Below are positions 1-12,643 of a stretch of DNA of 64,000 bases, one piece after another. A model generated the notes under the pieces. The model saw only the letters and a list, made by a program, of their open reading frames with translations. It was not told the DNA's origin and made no database searches. Source of the stretch: Alloascoidea hylecoeti. Taxonomy: Eukaryota. Position 1 is the stretch's first letter; every line of letters starts with the position of its first letter. Made by a program: the position numbers and the translations under genes. The stretch lies in NCBI GenBank assembly GCA_001600815.1, contig BCKZ01000019.1, positions 435,981-499,980 of the forward strand, read 5' to 3'.

Positions 1-2171
1 AACTGACCTCAATCCAAATCATGATCAATTCATCATACTAAAACAGTGCTTCTTTTAAACTAATCCATATGTCTAATTAAAGCATAATTTCAAACACTAA
101 AAAGCAGAATTCTCCTTTAATTTGTATGGATCAAATAAATCTTTTGATCAACAAATATAAATTATATAAGAATTTAAATGCATATGGCATATGCATAATA
201 TACTTACACCACCCACGTGTATTTAGTTTAACAGTTGATTGATTAATTATCTATATCTATATCTATTTATATAACGTAATTATTGAAATGTTAGAAGTTT
301 ATGAAATTGCTTCAGGTAGCTAAGTTGATTCAATAAAATATAGATGCCGAACTTAAAACTTCAGCATTAGGGTCCTCTATAACGAGTCATATTTTTATTT
401 CTAACAAGATTTATTATTGACCCAAGAGTTAGAAAACTCAATTGTAAATTTAAAAATCAAGCAATTTTTATTAAAACGTATAAATGATCCAATGGTAATT
501 ATAAATTAACACTTATACCGGTATTGAGATGCTGATTATTTGAGCAATCTAGTTGTAGTACGGACGTTTAGCACCTATATTTAGTTTTCTTTACAGAATT
601 ACATACTTTCCTATTGAATTATGTTCTTTTGTTTTTGTTCACTTACTACCGAATTGTTAGCTTGCTATTAATCCTTTTGATGATCTTCCACGTGTTCTAA
701 TTGACTACTTAAATCATTAACTTCGTGTTCGATCTAGTATACTATCAACGAACGCATGATACCAAACCAAATAAGGTGAATTTAGGTCCAAATTCAGGAT
801 ATTAGCCTTAAGATATAGATGTATAATATAGCCTCTTTGATTTATGGTTTTATGGTTTTATGAATTTTTGAATATTGTTCAACTTTTGGAGAACGACCTG
901 TGGAAACTTTTAATCAAGGTGTTTCTCCTGTGGTGTTGTGTAACAAAATACAATAAGAATAAGAATAAGTCTTACATTCGTAACTTTAGCTGCATATACT
1001 TTATTGCTTTCTTAGTTTAATTTGGGGATCTACATGTATACCTTTAAATTAGTATTAATATTATGTGGAGTAAGTTTAGCTATAAATATAAATTCCTATA
1101 ATTGATCGGCTGTTAATTATTGCGTATTAATGATTTTTTATTAATTTGTTATTTCTATTTCTATTCGGAATATATAATTTTCCGGATTTTTTATAATAAA
1201 CAACATATTTTATAGAACTCATTCATTTATCATTACTGATAAATAATGCCAAAGCCTTTCGGTTATTTATTATTGTGATTGAGAATTAGAAGAATCTTGA
1301 TGGAGATTGTACAATTGAGATCTCTATTAACTGTCTTAACCTGAAGATACATATTTTACCTTTGACATGATCACCTCTCTATTGCAATTAGTTGCTGCTT
1401 TATTATAGCATAATTAACATTAGTACTAGTGGGCCTTCAGTTGATCCCTGACAGCAAGAATAAAACCTTTCAGAACCTTCTTTATTGATAAAGCTTACGG
1501 ATTTAAAGTTTAGGTTCACTTATAATGCCCCACATGGGGTGTGCGGAATAGTAGTTGATATAGAGAGCGCTAGAATTGTAATATCGACCTCTTTATATTC
1601 GCCCACATTTGAGTAAGTATTCGCCTACTGTTTGATAAAAATGATACATTAATATTATAATTAATAGTATCTTGGAGCCCACGTCCACATAATAGATAAT
1701 TATAATTAATTATTAACGGAATTCAACATCTATTATACATATTACATAGATCTAGATCTAGAACAGTAAAGACAAATAAGACGTTAACCAAAAATTTATT
1801 TAATTAATATCATAATTAAGATATAGACAGAAGTTATATGGTTATATATTAGTTATTCATAAATCTAATCAATCAGATTTAATATTAATTAAAAATAAAA
1901 GGCTCTAGCTAGATCAAGTTTAATACTCCGGTATTAATATTAATGATTTATATCATAATAAAATAAAAATAAAAAAAGGAAGAAAAATCCCCATATATAT
2001 AATAAAAGTAAGCATTATTAAGCTGATGTAACATTATAAGTCAATAGAATGATAATGTGAAACGAGAAAACATGAACTATGAAATGTTATAATTGAAATG
2101 TGTGCGAGTAAAACGAATTCAAAACACAAAGAAATAATATAATTATTGCTAAATTCTTATAGGTAATTAAT

Positions 2172-2265
2172 AAAGAAATAAAGAAAAAGAAAGAAAAAGA
2201 AAGAAAGAAAAAGAAAGAAAGAAAGAAAAAGAAAGAAAAAGAAAGAAAGAAAGAAAGAAAGAAAA
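2172..2265. repeat. (GAAA)n/(GAAAAA)n polypurine microsatellite
   Basis: Direct reading of about 95 nt of GAAA/GAAAAA units. Confidence 0.95.
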
Positions 2266-2973
2266 TTCAAAAACCACTTTATATTTAAGGATCAGATGAA
2301 TTGGGGATAATTCTATTTACTATTCAAATCAATTGAATATAGTTATAACTTATAAACATAGATATAAATATAGATATAAAATAAAAAATAAACAATTAAA
2401 AAAACAAAAAATAAAGTTGATAAATAATCAAAATAAACAATCAAAATCTCAAGATGTAGTAGAAAACGACACAAATAAATTTAAACAAATGAACAAGACA
2501 AGATTTTTTATAAACAAATACAAATAAAACAAGACACAAAGTTTCAAAAATAAATTTAAGAGATGATAGATAGCAAATCAATAACAATTTATAGAGGAAT
2601 TATATAAAAATGTATAAATAAATATTTTTTTTTTTGTTTTTTTTGTATAAGATAAGATTGATTGAGTTGTATATTCTTTCAAAAAGTGTCTTTTATGGAT
2701 AGTATGGTGATATTATATAAATCAGATATCATTTCCATTTAAAAAGTATCTTTAAGTAAGAATCAAAGGGAGGAAGTAGATCTAAATTTAGATATGCCTT
2801 GTAATTAATTTCAAATGATTAATATAGTATAATCATTTGTTATAATATACTATATTATATTCCAAGGAAAAAGAAGAGAAAAGGTGTAATATAATATAGT
2901 TTTGTGTAAAAATACAACAATAATACAATATTAATTACTGGAACCAATAGACTTTGATTTTACATATGAATCT

Positions 2974-3546
2974 TTAATAATGCCTTGAATGAATTGTAGC
3001 AGCTTCCAATAATATATCAGCACCAGCAGTATTATAAGTATTATTATTGTATGATGATTGTTGTAAAATTTCAGGTAATGGTGGTAAAATAGAATTAACA
3101 TTTCCATTTCCAGTACTACTTTCATTGTTTCCCATATTTATTTCATTTATTGAATCTAAATTTAAATTAATACTTAAATTCGAATTTGATTTTGATTTCG
3201 AAACGGTTAGTTTCTTATTAGCTAAATTACTATTGTAATTTGGAAATATGTGAAATGAATCCATACTTCTATTTGCTAATTTCATTTTTATACCTAATGA
3301 AGAAGCAGTATTAGAATTAGAATTTGTATTTGTAATTGTATTAGAATTTGCTGAAGTTAATGAATGGATAGATGGTAATTTAACATGATTTTGTAGTTGT
3401 TGTTGCTGTTGTTGTTGAGAGTCATTAAGGACAGAATTTAACCATTGTTTTGTACCACCACCAGGATTATTATTTCTATTTGAAATTGAAAAATGTGGAG
3501 CATTTTGATTAGATACTGTATCATCAATACCTATTGGAATAGATTG

Positions 3547-3579
<33 letters not shown>

Positions 3580-4085
3580 TTCATGCCAACTATTGAAGTT
3601 ATTTGAAACTTTTCTTGGTCTTAATTGACCAGTTGAAGTTGAATTTTTTAATTTTAATTCACTTGCAAAGAAGCTTCGTATAGGAGAGATTGAGTTATTA
3701 TTACCATTTCCATTACCACTTGTGTTTAAATTGTTATTATTACTAATATTGAAATTATTTGTTGTTGGAGTTTGTGAACGTATTGATGATATTGATGGTG
3801 GAAACGCTGAAGAAAATGGAGATATTGCATCATAAGGACTTAACATTGGGGTTATCGATGATGAAGAAGATCCCAAAACAGGAGAAATTGCAGAACCCGA
3901 TGTTAAAAAAGACGCTGATGATCCAGTACCCCCACTAGTGTTTAGACCAGAGAATGAACAAGAAGTTGGGGTTGGTAAAAACGCACTTGTTACAGGAGTA
4001 TTTGGTCCATTGATACCTTGAGTTAATGAAGTAACAAAAGTAAATTGGGTTGACGTTGATGAGGCTGCTGGTTGCTGTTGAAACA

Positions 4086-4143
<58 letters not shown>

Positions 4144-5010
4144 GTTATTGTATGGAGAATCAATATAAGAACCATTTCGATATGAGAAATTGGTGGTTTC
4201 AGGAGGAGCTGACAAAGGAGGATTTGTTATATAATTTGAAACGGGAATAGAAATTTGGTGCTGCTTGTAATCATCTTCCTTGACTGTTGATGTATTAGTC
4301 AAAGTTCCTGCGCATGTTATTGGGCCATTTGAACCATTTGAGTCCTGACGATACAGTTGAAGAGGTTGAGGACGATGTTTTGGTCTAAAAGCAGGAGGTG
4401 GGCGCAAAAACCCAGATGTTGAGGGGGAAGGCAAGGGAACCGGGTCTGAATAGCTCATGACAACGACGCTTGGTAGATTTGTGCCTGGCTCGGAGGTTTG
4501 TACATTTTCAGGTTCAGGTTCAGGTACAGGAGCGGTACTAATTGGATCAGAATTGAGGTTTAAAGATTCCGTGCTATTTGTTTTTATATTTGTGTTTGTA
4601 TCTGATTCATAATCGTCACTTTCACTACAACTTCCATTATTATGCTTAATACGTTTCAAAGATCTCGTGGTCGGTATATCTAATTCTAATGTTTCATAGG
4701 CATGAACCGTATTGACATGTTGTCTTAGATTATCGAGCCGGGAGAACTTCCTGTGACATGAGGGACACTCAAATGGACGTTCGCCCGTATGTTTTCTGAT
4801 ATGTCTTGCTAAATGCTCGGATCTGGTGAAGACCATATTACAACCTAGATAGCCTGTACATTTGAATACTTTTGGGGATCTAAAAGGGGATTTTTTCTTT
4901 TTCGGAATGGAATTTGAGGATGAAACGGAGGATGAAGACGAAGAATTGGAAGCTTTCTGTTTTTTGGACATTGGTGAAGTATTAGGGATTTGGAGGTTGG
5001 GAGTGACCAT
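2974..5010 (-). CDS. USV1: C2H2 zinc-finger transcription factor, Usv1/Rgm1 (Nsf1) type, with poly-Asn/Gln low-complexity C-terminus
   Basis: 678-aa [53 protein letters not shown] matches the Usv1/Rgm1 two-finger signature. Confidence 0.8.
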
Positions 5011-5554
5011 TTATTTTGTAACAAAATAAACAAAAAGAAGAGAAAAGGTGTGAAGTTCTGTCAAAACAAAAAGAAGGAGGAAAATTAATTTCAAACTAAC
5101 CAGCATATTTTATATAATATTAAAGTTTATGTCTACATATTACTTTATTTTTGTATACAAGAAACATTAATTATATTTTAAAACATTTAAACAAAAAAAA
5201 AAACGGAATAATTATATTTTTATATTTATATTATTTTTTTATCTTTATTTTATTCATTTAGTAAAAATGGTGCAAAAAAACGATTCTAGAAAAGCTTAAT
5301 AATAGCACTAAACCATTTTTACACATACGCGATACGCTATCTTAAATCCACAATCTCATTAAACTTTATATTGTTAACATTAATAGTAATAGTGTTGATT
5401 TAAATTTAATTATTATATACAAATCATTTATATATCCCACAATATTATATAAACAAATACAAATTTAAATATTGACACTATTTTTACTATATATATCAAT
5501 TATCCTTTTAATAATATCAATAATTATCATGTTTATAACAATAATTAATCATAT

Positions 5555-6694
5555 TTATACCGGTGGTTGGACTGGTGGGGCACTAGTTGGATCCATATTT
5601 TGTTGCATCATCATTAATTCCTCAGTCATTGATTCAAATTGAAGTCCCAATCCTAATCTTGAAGTATTTTTTAAATGATCGATTTCGGTACAAAACATAA
5701 CAGAAACTGTTGGTAAAACTTTACGTTCTAAGAAACATGAAATTTTACCTTTATTATCAACTTGTCCTCTGAAAACTGATTGTCGGAAATCATATCTAGC
5801 TCCAAGGGTTGTATTTCCTTCAAATTGAACTTCATATCCACCTTGTGCTGGTTTCAAACCAGCTGCTAATTGGGTCTCAATGCCAGCTTGCAATTTATCA
5901 CTAACTCTTCTCCAGAATGATGATACAAAAGCACCTTGGGCTTGTAATTGGGCAGTTGCAATCCATTCATTTGCATTATATCTTGCAACATAATTAGTAG
6001 CAGCTTCTGGTGGTCCACCTGCTCCTGCTGCATTATATACAGATTCAATACCAAGAGCGAGCTGTGGAGTAACTGATTGTAAAACAGATCCAATAATTGT
6101 ACCTGTAAATTCTCCTTCTAAAATAGATGGATTTTGTGCTTTAATATTAATACTGCAATCATTTGCTTGGAAGTCTTGTTCTAAAACACAAATAGGTGGT
6201 TGTCCTTCAGCAATTTGAACAGCAACTTTTGAAATATTATTTTTACCCCAACCATAATTAAATCTCCCTGAAAAAGTTTTACTATTATCAATATTACCTT
6301 GAATAAATAATTTATTTGATGCATAAATTCCACCAAATGCATAAGGTGGAAATAATTTAGATCCTGTCGTGAAAGTATGACTTGTTTGAAAAACAGGATC
6401 CATACCAAATGATTTATTTAAATCAGCTCTTAAACCTGTGAAGAAATAATTTGTTGAAAAAACATCTCTACTAATTTCTTTTGTTAAACCCTCCATTGTA
6501 CCTGGATTATTAAGATTCATCGATTGACGTCGGGATTGAATGCCAGAATATGTTTCATTAAGATAATAAAATAGTGGATTACTTGACCAGAACCCATCAT
6601 TGTTCAAATCTTGTCTTGGTGTTAATCCATGAATTGATGAAATATCAACTTTTGAAATATCCCCAATAGGTGATAAAGGAGAAGTAGTAGTCAT
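5555..6694 (-). CDS. TOM40: Mitochondrial outer-membrane import channel Tom40
   Basis: 379-aa ORF with NPGTMEGLTKEISRDVF, FTGLRADLNK, FQTSHTF, QSVTPQLALG, YDFRQSVFRG and EIDHLKN...LGLGLQFE, typical of fungal Tom40. Confidence 0.96.
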   Translation of the reverse strand: MTTTSPLSPIGDISKVDISSIHGLTPRQDLNNDGFWSSNPLFYYLNETYSGIQSRRQSMNLNNPGTMEGLTKEISRDVFSTNYFFTGLRADLNKSFGMDPVFQTSHTFTTGSKLFPPYAFGGIYASNKLFIQGNIDNSKTFSGRFNYGWGKNNISKVAVQIAEGQPPICVLEQDFQANDCSINIKAQNPSILEGEFTGTIIGSVLQSVTPQLALGIESVYNAAGAGGPPEAATNYVARYNANEWIATAQLQAQGAFVSSFWRRVSDKLQAGIETQLAAGLKPAQGGYEVQFEGNTTLGARYDFRQSVFRGQVDNKGKISCFLERKVLPTVSVMFCTEIDHLKNTSRLGLGLQFESMTEELMMMQQNMDPTSAPPVQPPV

Positions 6695-6989
6695 TCTAAA
6701 ATCGCAAATTTTGAAAAATTTGAAAAAGAGTTGGAAGAAATTCCAATTCCAAATTCCAAATCAAATTCAAAAATTAAAATGGTTAGTTTCATCTTTTTCT
6801 TTAATTTTTCATTTTAAATTGTGATAAATATAATTACCTTTATACAAATAAAACAAATAATAATGACTTATGTTTGTAATTTTGACAAGTGGATGCAAAA
6901 AATTCCCCAAGGCTCGTGATTAAATTTACCGCAGTGATCAAATATACAGTGATGTCATTTCGTTAATTTCGGCCATTTTTTATACTATT

Positions 6990-7906
6990 TTACATGCATA
7001 TATATGAATATATATTAGAGTTTATGCTATAGAAATGTTTAATTATATCATAAGTTAATTTGAATCTTTCTAGTGAGATAAACTCCTCAGAATTCAAAAT
7101 ATTAGAAATTGATGGGCAAATTTGTACTTGATAATTAACCTCAATAAACACTTCTTGTTCCTTTAAGAATCTAGTACAACCAAATTCTCCATCTATTAAG
7201 AATAATTTATTAATATTATGCAACGATTCTACTGCTTTTATCGGTTCTTTCTTTAAAGCACCAGGTGTCAATTTTTTTGCAAACCTATTGTAGATTATAC
7301 AAAATCTTAGCAAATCTAACTTGGAATTTCTCATACTTTTTGAACCAGTGTAGTAAATTTAACAAGTGTAGGACACTCGAGAAATAACACAACAAAAAGA
7401 ACATTATGAGAAATTTCCATAACTTCTGCTATGAACTTTGGTGAGCACCTCCTTTCAGCTAACAGAGTAGCAGTGATTATTGGAAAACATATTGCAATGC
7501 GAGTCAACGTGATAGAAGTTGGAGAAAATGATGGTTTCTCATACGTATGATATTTAATCTCGTAAGCTGAAGAAAACATTTTAATCAGAGTCTTTGTATC
7601 ATTGTTAATGTTTAATCTCTCAAATCCACTTTTTGTAAGGTTTCCTTGTGTCATGAACAAGAGCAACACAATAGTCATATCACACTTAAATCTTTCCTCA
7701 ATATATATTTTACTCATTTCAGAATATTTAGCAGTAGCTTTTGCCATCAAGTCATCGACAGCTTTTTCGACACTAAAATCAGTCCTTTTAAAATCATTAA
7801 AAGTAGGATGCGTTTAAAAGATGCTTTGGATCATTTTTGAGACTTCCGGGTCAAATAAAAGATCAACATCTAGCGAAATATCATCTAGAAAACTAAAGTC
7901 CTCCAT
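6990..7906 (-). pseudogene. Endogenous negative-strand RNA virus nucleocapsid gene (Phenuiviridae / tenui-phlebovirus N-like), disrupted
   Basis: ATG at 7906 opens MEDFSFLDDISLDVDLLFDPEVSKMIQSIF. After a TAA at 7816-7814 the same frame continues into ORF 7750..7331; a frameshift near 7335-7360 leads into ORF 7334..6990. DMTIVLLLFMTQGN and ITLTRIAICFP resemble phlebovirus N (DAKKMIVLALTRGN, LTLSRVAAA), and YNRFAKKLTP resembles FSRVINP. No introns. Confidence 0.75.
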
Positions 7907-8342
7907 TTTTATAATGTTAAGTTTTTAAGGAGAACAAATTATGAAAAGATATCATAGCAAAGCAATGCAAACCGTGAAATGTAGGGAAATACCATATTTT
8001 TATAAAGGAAACAGGTATCCAAAGATGCGGATATTGATTAAATGTAAAAATAATAGTGATCTAATTACCCAGGTTCATCAATATCCATTAACCTGTGGTT
8101 GGGAAAATATAAGAAAGATTTATTGAATCAATCGCAAATAATATAAAAATTAATATTATACATCTATTCTTATCGGCTCCATATCATCAGTATTATAATT
8201 GGAACTTTGATGTTAATTACTACCAAAGTAATTAAGAAACACTTCTGATCAGCCTTTTAATTAGTCAAGTATAAGATCTAGACGACCTCATCAGATAACC
8301 TAATATTTGAACCTGTTATTGAACTGATCGTATTATTATAGC

Positions 8343-9009
8343 CTATGAACAATCCATCTCAACATCTTCATCTTCATCTTTTTCTTGTTGAATTGTCGTT
8401 GAAGTTGTATCCATATTACTCTTCTTAAAATTTTCAGAGAATCGTGCTCTAACTGCTGTATTAAAATCTTCAATTACATTTCTATAGTAACATAAATTTA
8501 TGTTAATTATAATAAATATTCCATTTATATAGAAAATATTTTTTATTGAACTTACTTTTTTTTACCTATTCTAATTTTTAATTTATCAATTTTTCCATTC
8601 TTATCTTGAACTTTTTCCTCAAGACCATTTATTGCATGTATTGCCCTTTTTGCTTTAGAAAGCTTTTGACGAATTTTACCTGCCTATACCATATAACGAG
8701 TATAATAGTTAGATGTGGTCATTAAAGACATGAAAAGTATATAGATATTTGTATTACCTCATTGTCGACGTCTTTCGGTAATATTTTATTCTTCTCAACT
8801 TGTTTAAGTAGATCTAAAACATCGGGCAATAGTTCTAAATCGATAAGATAATTTGTTGCTGCTTGTGCTTCAGTTAAACCATTGGCGGATTGAAAAGGAT
8901 TAGGGGTATTTAGATTAACTGAGGGGGTTGCTGGTCGACTTATTGGAACAAGGAGATTCGAAGATGATATTGGAGTTCCTATACTAAAATTAACTCGTGG
9001 TGTAGCCAT
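8343..9009 (-). CDS. MED9: Mediator subunit Med9 (Cse2)-like; exons 9009-8758, 8683-8556, 8481-8343
   Basis: Introns 8757-8684 (GTAATA..CTAAC..TAG) and 8555-8482 (GTAAGT..TAG) splice into an open frame: ..LLPDVLDLL..PKDVDNE/AGKIRQKLSKAKRAIHAINGLEEKVQDKNGKIDKLKIRIGKK/KNVIEDF.., the Med9 coiled-coil pattern. Confidence 0.75.
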
Positions 9010-9499
9010 GATGTTAATATTGATGGTTATAATTATTGTATTGGTGGTGATGAAGAGAAATTGGGGTAACAATCATGCACAGGCAATTATTTAGACCAAA
9101 TTCAATATTGAATCTTTGGCACAATAGAAACACAGATATCGGAAATTTAAAAATATGTTCAACCCCCACACACATTTTTAAGTGAAATACATTTTCTTGC
9201 AAAAATCAGTCTTTTTAAATATAATGACTTCTAGAATTCAGGCAACTGAGCTTCATAAAATGCAATTAAAACCATAAGCAGATTAATTTAAATTCTGAGG
9301 GTTGTAAAACTTGAATACTTTTGATGAGCTAGCTTCAAATTTCGGAATGCTTGGAATAATATCGATGTTGTATTTAATAACAAATGTTCGTTCGTTACAA
9401 GATCCGGGTCCGGAAAGGTATAAGCTCGACAACAGTTAGGCTAGGTCTTTGAACCTCGAAATATCTATAATATAAGGATATGTAATACCTATGGTATGC

Positions 9500-9950
9500 A
9501 TTGACATTTGGAAAGGAGACTGTGCTTCGCTGTATGGTGGTCGGAGATCCTAATACCAGAGAAAAGGAGCCGCAGGTTCCATAGAATTTCCTACATAAAA
9601 CTTTTGGACGAAGCCTTTGATGAGGTTACTGAGTCCTTTATATTCAATCAGGATAACACACCTAATCATGAAGCTGGAATCGCGATGAATTCGTTTCGTG
9701 GTAATAAGAAGGAGGTGTTGTAGTCTCCCTTTTGACAGTTGATGTTTGATGATATCCAGTTGAGCGCGTGTTCGAATCTCCTCAGAAAAGTGCACCAAAG
9801 GCAGAAATCAAGATTACGACCCTTCTAAATGATATAGGAATGAATAAATATCGGGGTTCTTTCAAAATATTGGACCTCATGCATCAGTGTAGCGTTGATA
9901 ACCTGATTAACTTCATGCCTCGTACAGTGGGTATCTATGTCTTGAATTGA
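9500..9950 (+). mobile_element. Tc1/mariner (DD34E) transposase relic
   Basis: FIFNQDNTPNH resembles FQQDNAPCH; downstream VDNLINFMPRT resembles the Tc1 C-terminal NLIxSMPxR. Broken by stops and frameshifts; no TIRs recognised. Confidence 0.7.
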
Positions 9951-10377
9951 TATGGAAAGCAAATATTGATACCAAAATCAGAAAACTACGTTCTTGATTA
10001 TTATTATAAGTTTACATTTCATTATAAGCAATTTCAGAAATAATTAATAATATTAAAATCATATATAAATACATATATAAATACATATTTAAATAGATAT
10101 CTTTAAGCAGTTGAAATAAATAATTTGCTGGGGTAGTAATTTTTTTCTAAGTCTTGTTCAAAAATTCCAGCATTATTATCGATATTTATAAGATGTCCTG
10201 ATTTTTGATTTGTTGTATAATTATAAATTTTCAAATTTGTTTATTGTTCAGTTACCGCTGAAAGAGTATTAGTTGGATTAGTGAAAGAGTATTAGTTGAA
10301 TTGGGTGTTGAATTTAATCACAGATTTGTAGTTTTATAATTATAATGAGAATTTGAAGTAAATGCAGATGTAGCTTT

Positions 10378-11222
10378 TTAAATGTTAGTGACTTCTGTAG
10401 ATCCAGATATTTCCACTTGATCATGATCTATATTAACTATACGCGAGATAGAGGATGTTCTTCTTCTTTTATATTTTGTTGGCGAAGAGGTACATTCTCC
10501 TATAGGCTTATACTTGTCGAGATCTATCGCAGTATTATGATAACGATTATGATTCAAGTTAGAATTATTTGTTTTTGTAGGATGTGTTTTATCATTAGAA
10601 GGGTGGTTTATAATATTTTGAATATTCATATACATTCTAGATACTGAATTTGAAGTTGACCTTTGATCTTGAATATGGTGATTCGTTTTTTCTATTGCAA
10701 TTGTTATTTTTCCAATTGGATAAATTTCTTTGAATTTATTTTCTGAATCCGTATTTATGTGAATTGCATTATTTTCTCCAATTGTTTTGGGGTTGAGACT
10801 ACAATCGACTTTACTATTATTAATTGTGGCTGTAGTATTAGTGGTAGTAGTACTCTTATTATCATTTTCAATTGAAACTGATTGACTTTTATAAATAAGA
10901 TATGCTTGACGTAACCTTTTTTTAAATAAATTCGCATGCTATAAAAATTCGGTATTTAGTAAATTATACATATTCATCTAATTCATATGATATATTTTAT
11001 TTCATACCTCTCTAATAGGATCTTTATTAATAACTGAAACGCCATATGGCTTAATATAACCATAGTCTATATCTAAACATGTTTTATCAATGAGGTCCTA
11101 GTTATATTTATTGTGTTAGCTATTTATTCATATTCAACTGCAAAGACTTTAACTTATTTATAAAATTGATGCTCGAGACATACTATTTCTGGGTTTCTTT
11201 TCTTTGTGAATTGCTGCAGCAT
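10378..11222 (-). CDS. Three-exon gene (about 229 aa), possible Whi5/Nrm1-like repressor; exons 11222-11184, 11097-11008, 10938-10378
   Basis: Two phase-0 introns: 11183-11098 (GTATGT..GCTAAC..TAG) and 11007-10939 (GTATGA..TACTAAA..TAG). Splicing gives MLQQFTKKRNPEI/DLIDKTCLDIDYGYIKPYGVSVINKDPIRE/HANLFKKRLRQAYLIYKSQ.., in frame with ORF 10635..10378. Confidence 0.65.
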
Positions 11223-11769
11223 CTTATATTTTTTTGTATTATTTTGAATGAGTAAGAATCCAGGACTAACTGAAATCAATGATGTAAAGTGCAATAAATA
11301 TGAATAAATCAAATGAAGATGCTAAAGAAAACAGCAAAGGCAGAAAATGTGATTGATAGTTGTAGCTGTATTATGGGAAAACCATGTCTTAATATAATCC
11401 CCTTGTAACTACAACTTATATAAATATTGTTAATTAAATAGTAACTATTACCGTACGTCCCTATCAATTTCAACTAAATCTTACCTTCGTTTATTTACAT
11501 TTATGGCTATATAGTTGCATCAAAATATATGGGGATAGTTTAGCTGCAGATAAGCATGTGAGCATATGCATAACATTGACAAGTTTAAGCTTATGATACA
11601 TTAAACATTTACCGAAAGTAAACAAACGGGCCACAGACTTTCTTAATTTAACTATTAATAGATAATATTAATAATAAACAGATTCAACGAGGAATGATAA
11701 AATATATCGATATATTAAATATTAGATGGTTTAATCCTAAACTCACTAACTAGTTATCTTGTGTGTGTA

Positions 11770-12643
11770 AATAGGTCTGTTGGATATTTATTATTTATGT
11801 ACGAAGGATAAAGTGATTACGGTTAACTGGTAATGAGCTTTACCGAGAAAATATACAGTATATTAAAAAAAGATCCAAAAATAATAAGAATGGTAAACAC
11901 AAGATCAGACACAGATGCACACCTCAGTGACTTTGTTCTCGACCAAACAAATAGTGTCGATGTTTGGTCTAATAATCCTGTAATCAAATATCATAAATCA
12001 TTGAATGTATGGTTATTCTTGTGTAGAATCGGAATTAAAAGATATTGGAGTCTTTGGTAGCACTAGAGTATCACATTTTACCAATTCGAAGTTTTAACAA
12101 AAGAGAAAGTTGATACCTGAGAATGAAGAGTTATAAGAAAAGGTTTCAGTGCGTCACCATTAGACAAACATATCTACTATACTATTCCTTGTAAAAGGGC
12201 AAGGATTTTACACCATGGCTGATATCTCATCACGTATCATTTTAAGATTCTAATTCCAAATATCTAAACACGTTAAACAGGATGAAGGACAGAGCGATCT
12301 TTTTCTAACTATAAATTAAGAAGCTCATGTAACGGCTTACATCAAACTTACAACCAATGAGTTTTCTGGTAAATCAACGTTAAAGTTTTCTGAATTTATC
12401 GACTCTGGTAAAAGAAATTGAGTTTTAAACAAAGTCATAATTAAGTTCATCACTTGCCTCCTGAGGAAAAAAACACAAATTTCGTTGAAATATCTTTCAA
12501 ACTCAAAAAGCAAAAATGAAAGAAAAGTCTCTTCACCTCTAATAAAACCCCCAACTAAGGACCCCCTTGATAACCTTACATTACTTAATTATATAAATTT
12601 ATGTATTGCAATTGGGATGATATTTCAAATTTATGATCTGTAA
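11770..12643 (+). pseudogene. Decayed intronless coding-like segment of unknown origin
   Basis: ORF 11833..12060 plus a second frame that stays protein-like for about 200 codons with scattered stops (GYSCVESELKDIGVFGSTRV..MADISSRIILRF*FQISKHVKQDEGQSDLFLTIN*EAHVTAYIKLTTNEFSGK..). No family recognised. Confidence 0.3.

Noticed and set aside
2333..2527. Lys/Asn-rich 64-aa ORF
   Set aside because: TTG start; a translation of A-rich intergenic or UTR sequence.
4050..4250. Poly-Tyr ORF and similar antisense ORFs (40023, 46095, 46147, 48732)
   Set aside because: Shadows of AAT/ACTAAT/GAA codon repeats within real genes on the opposite strand.
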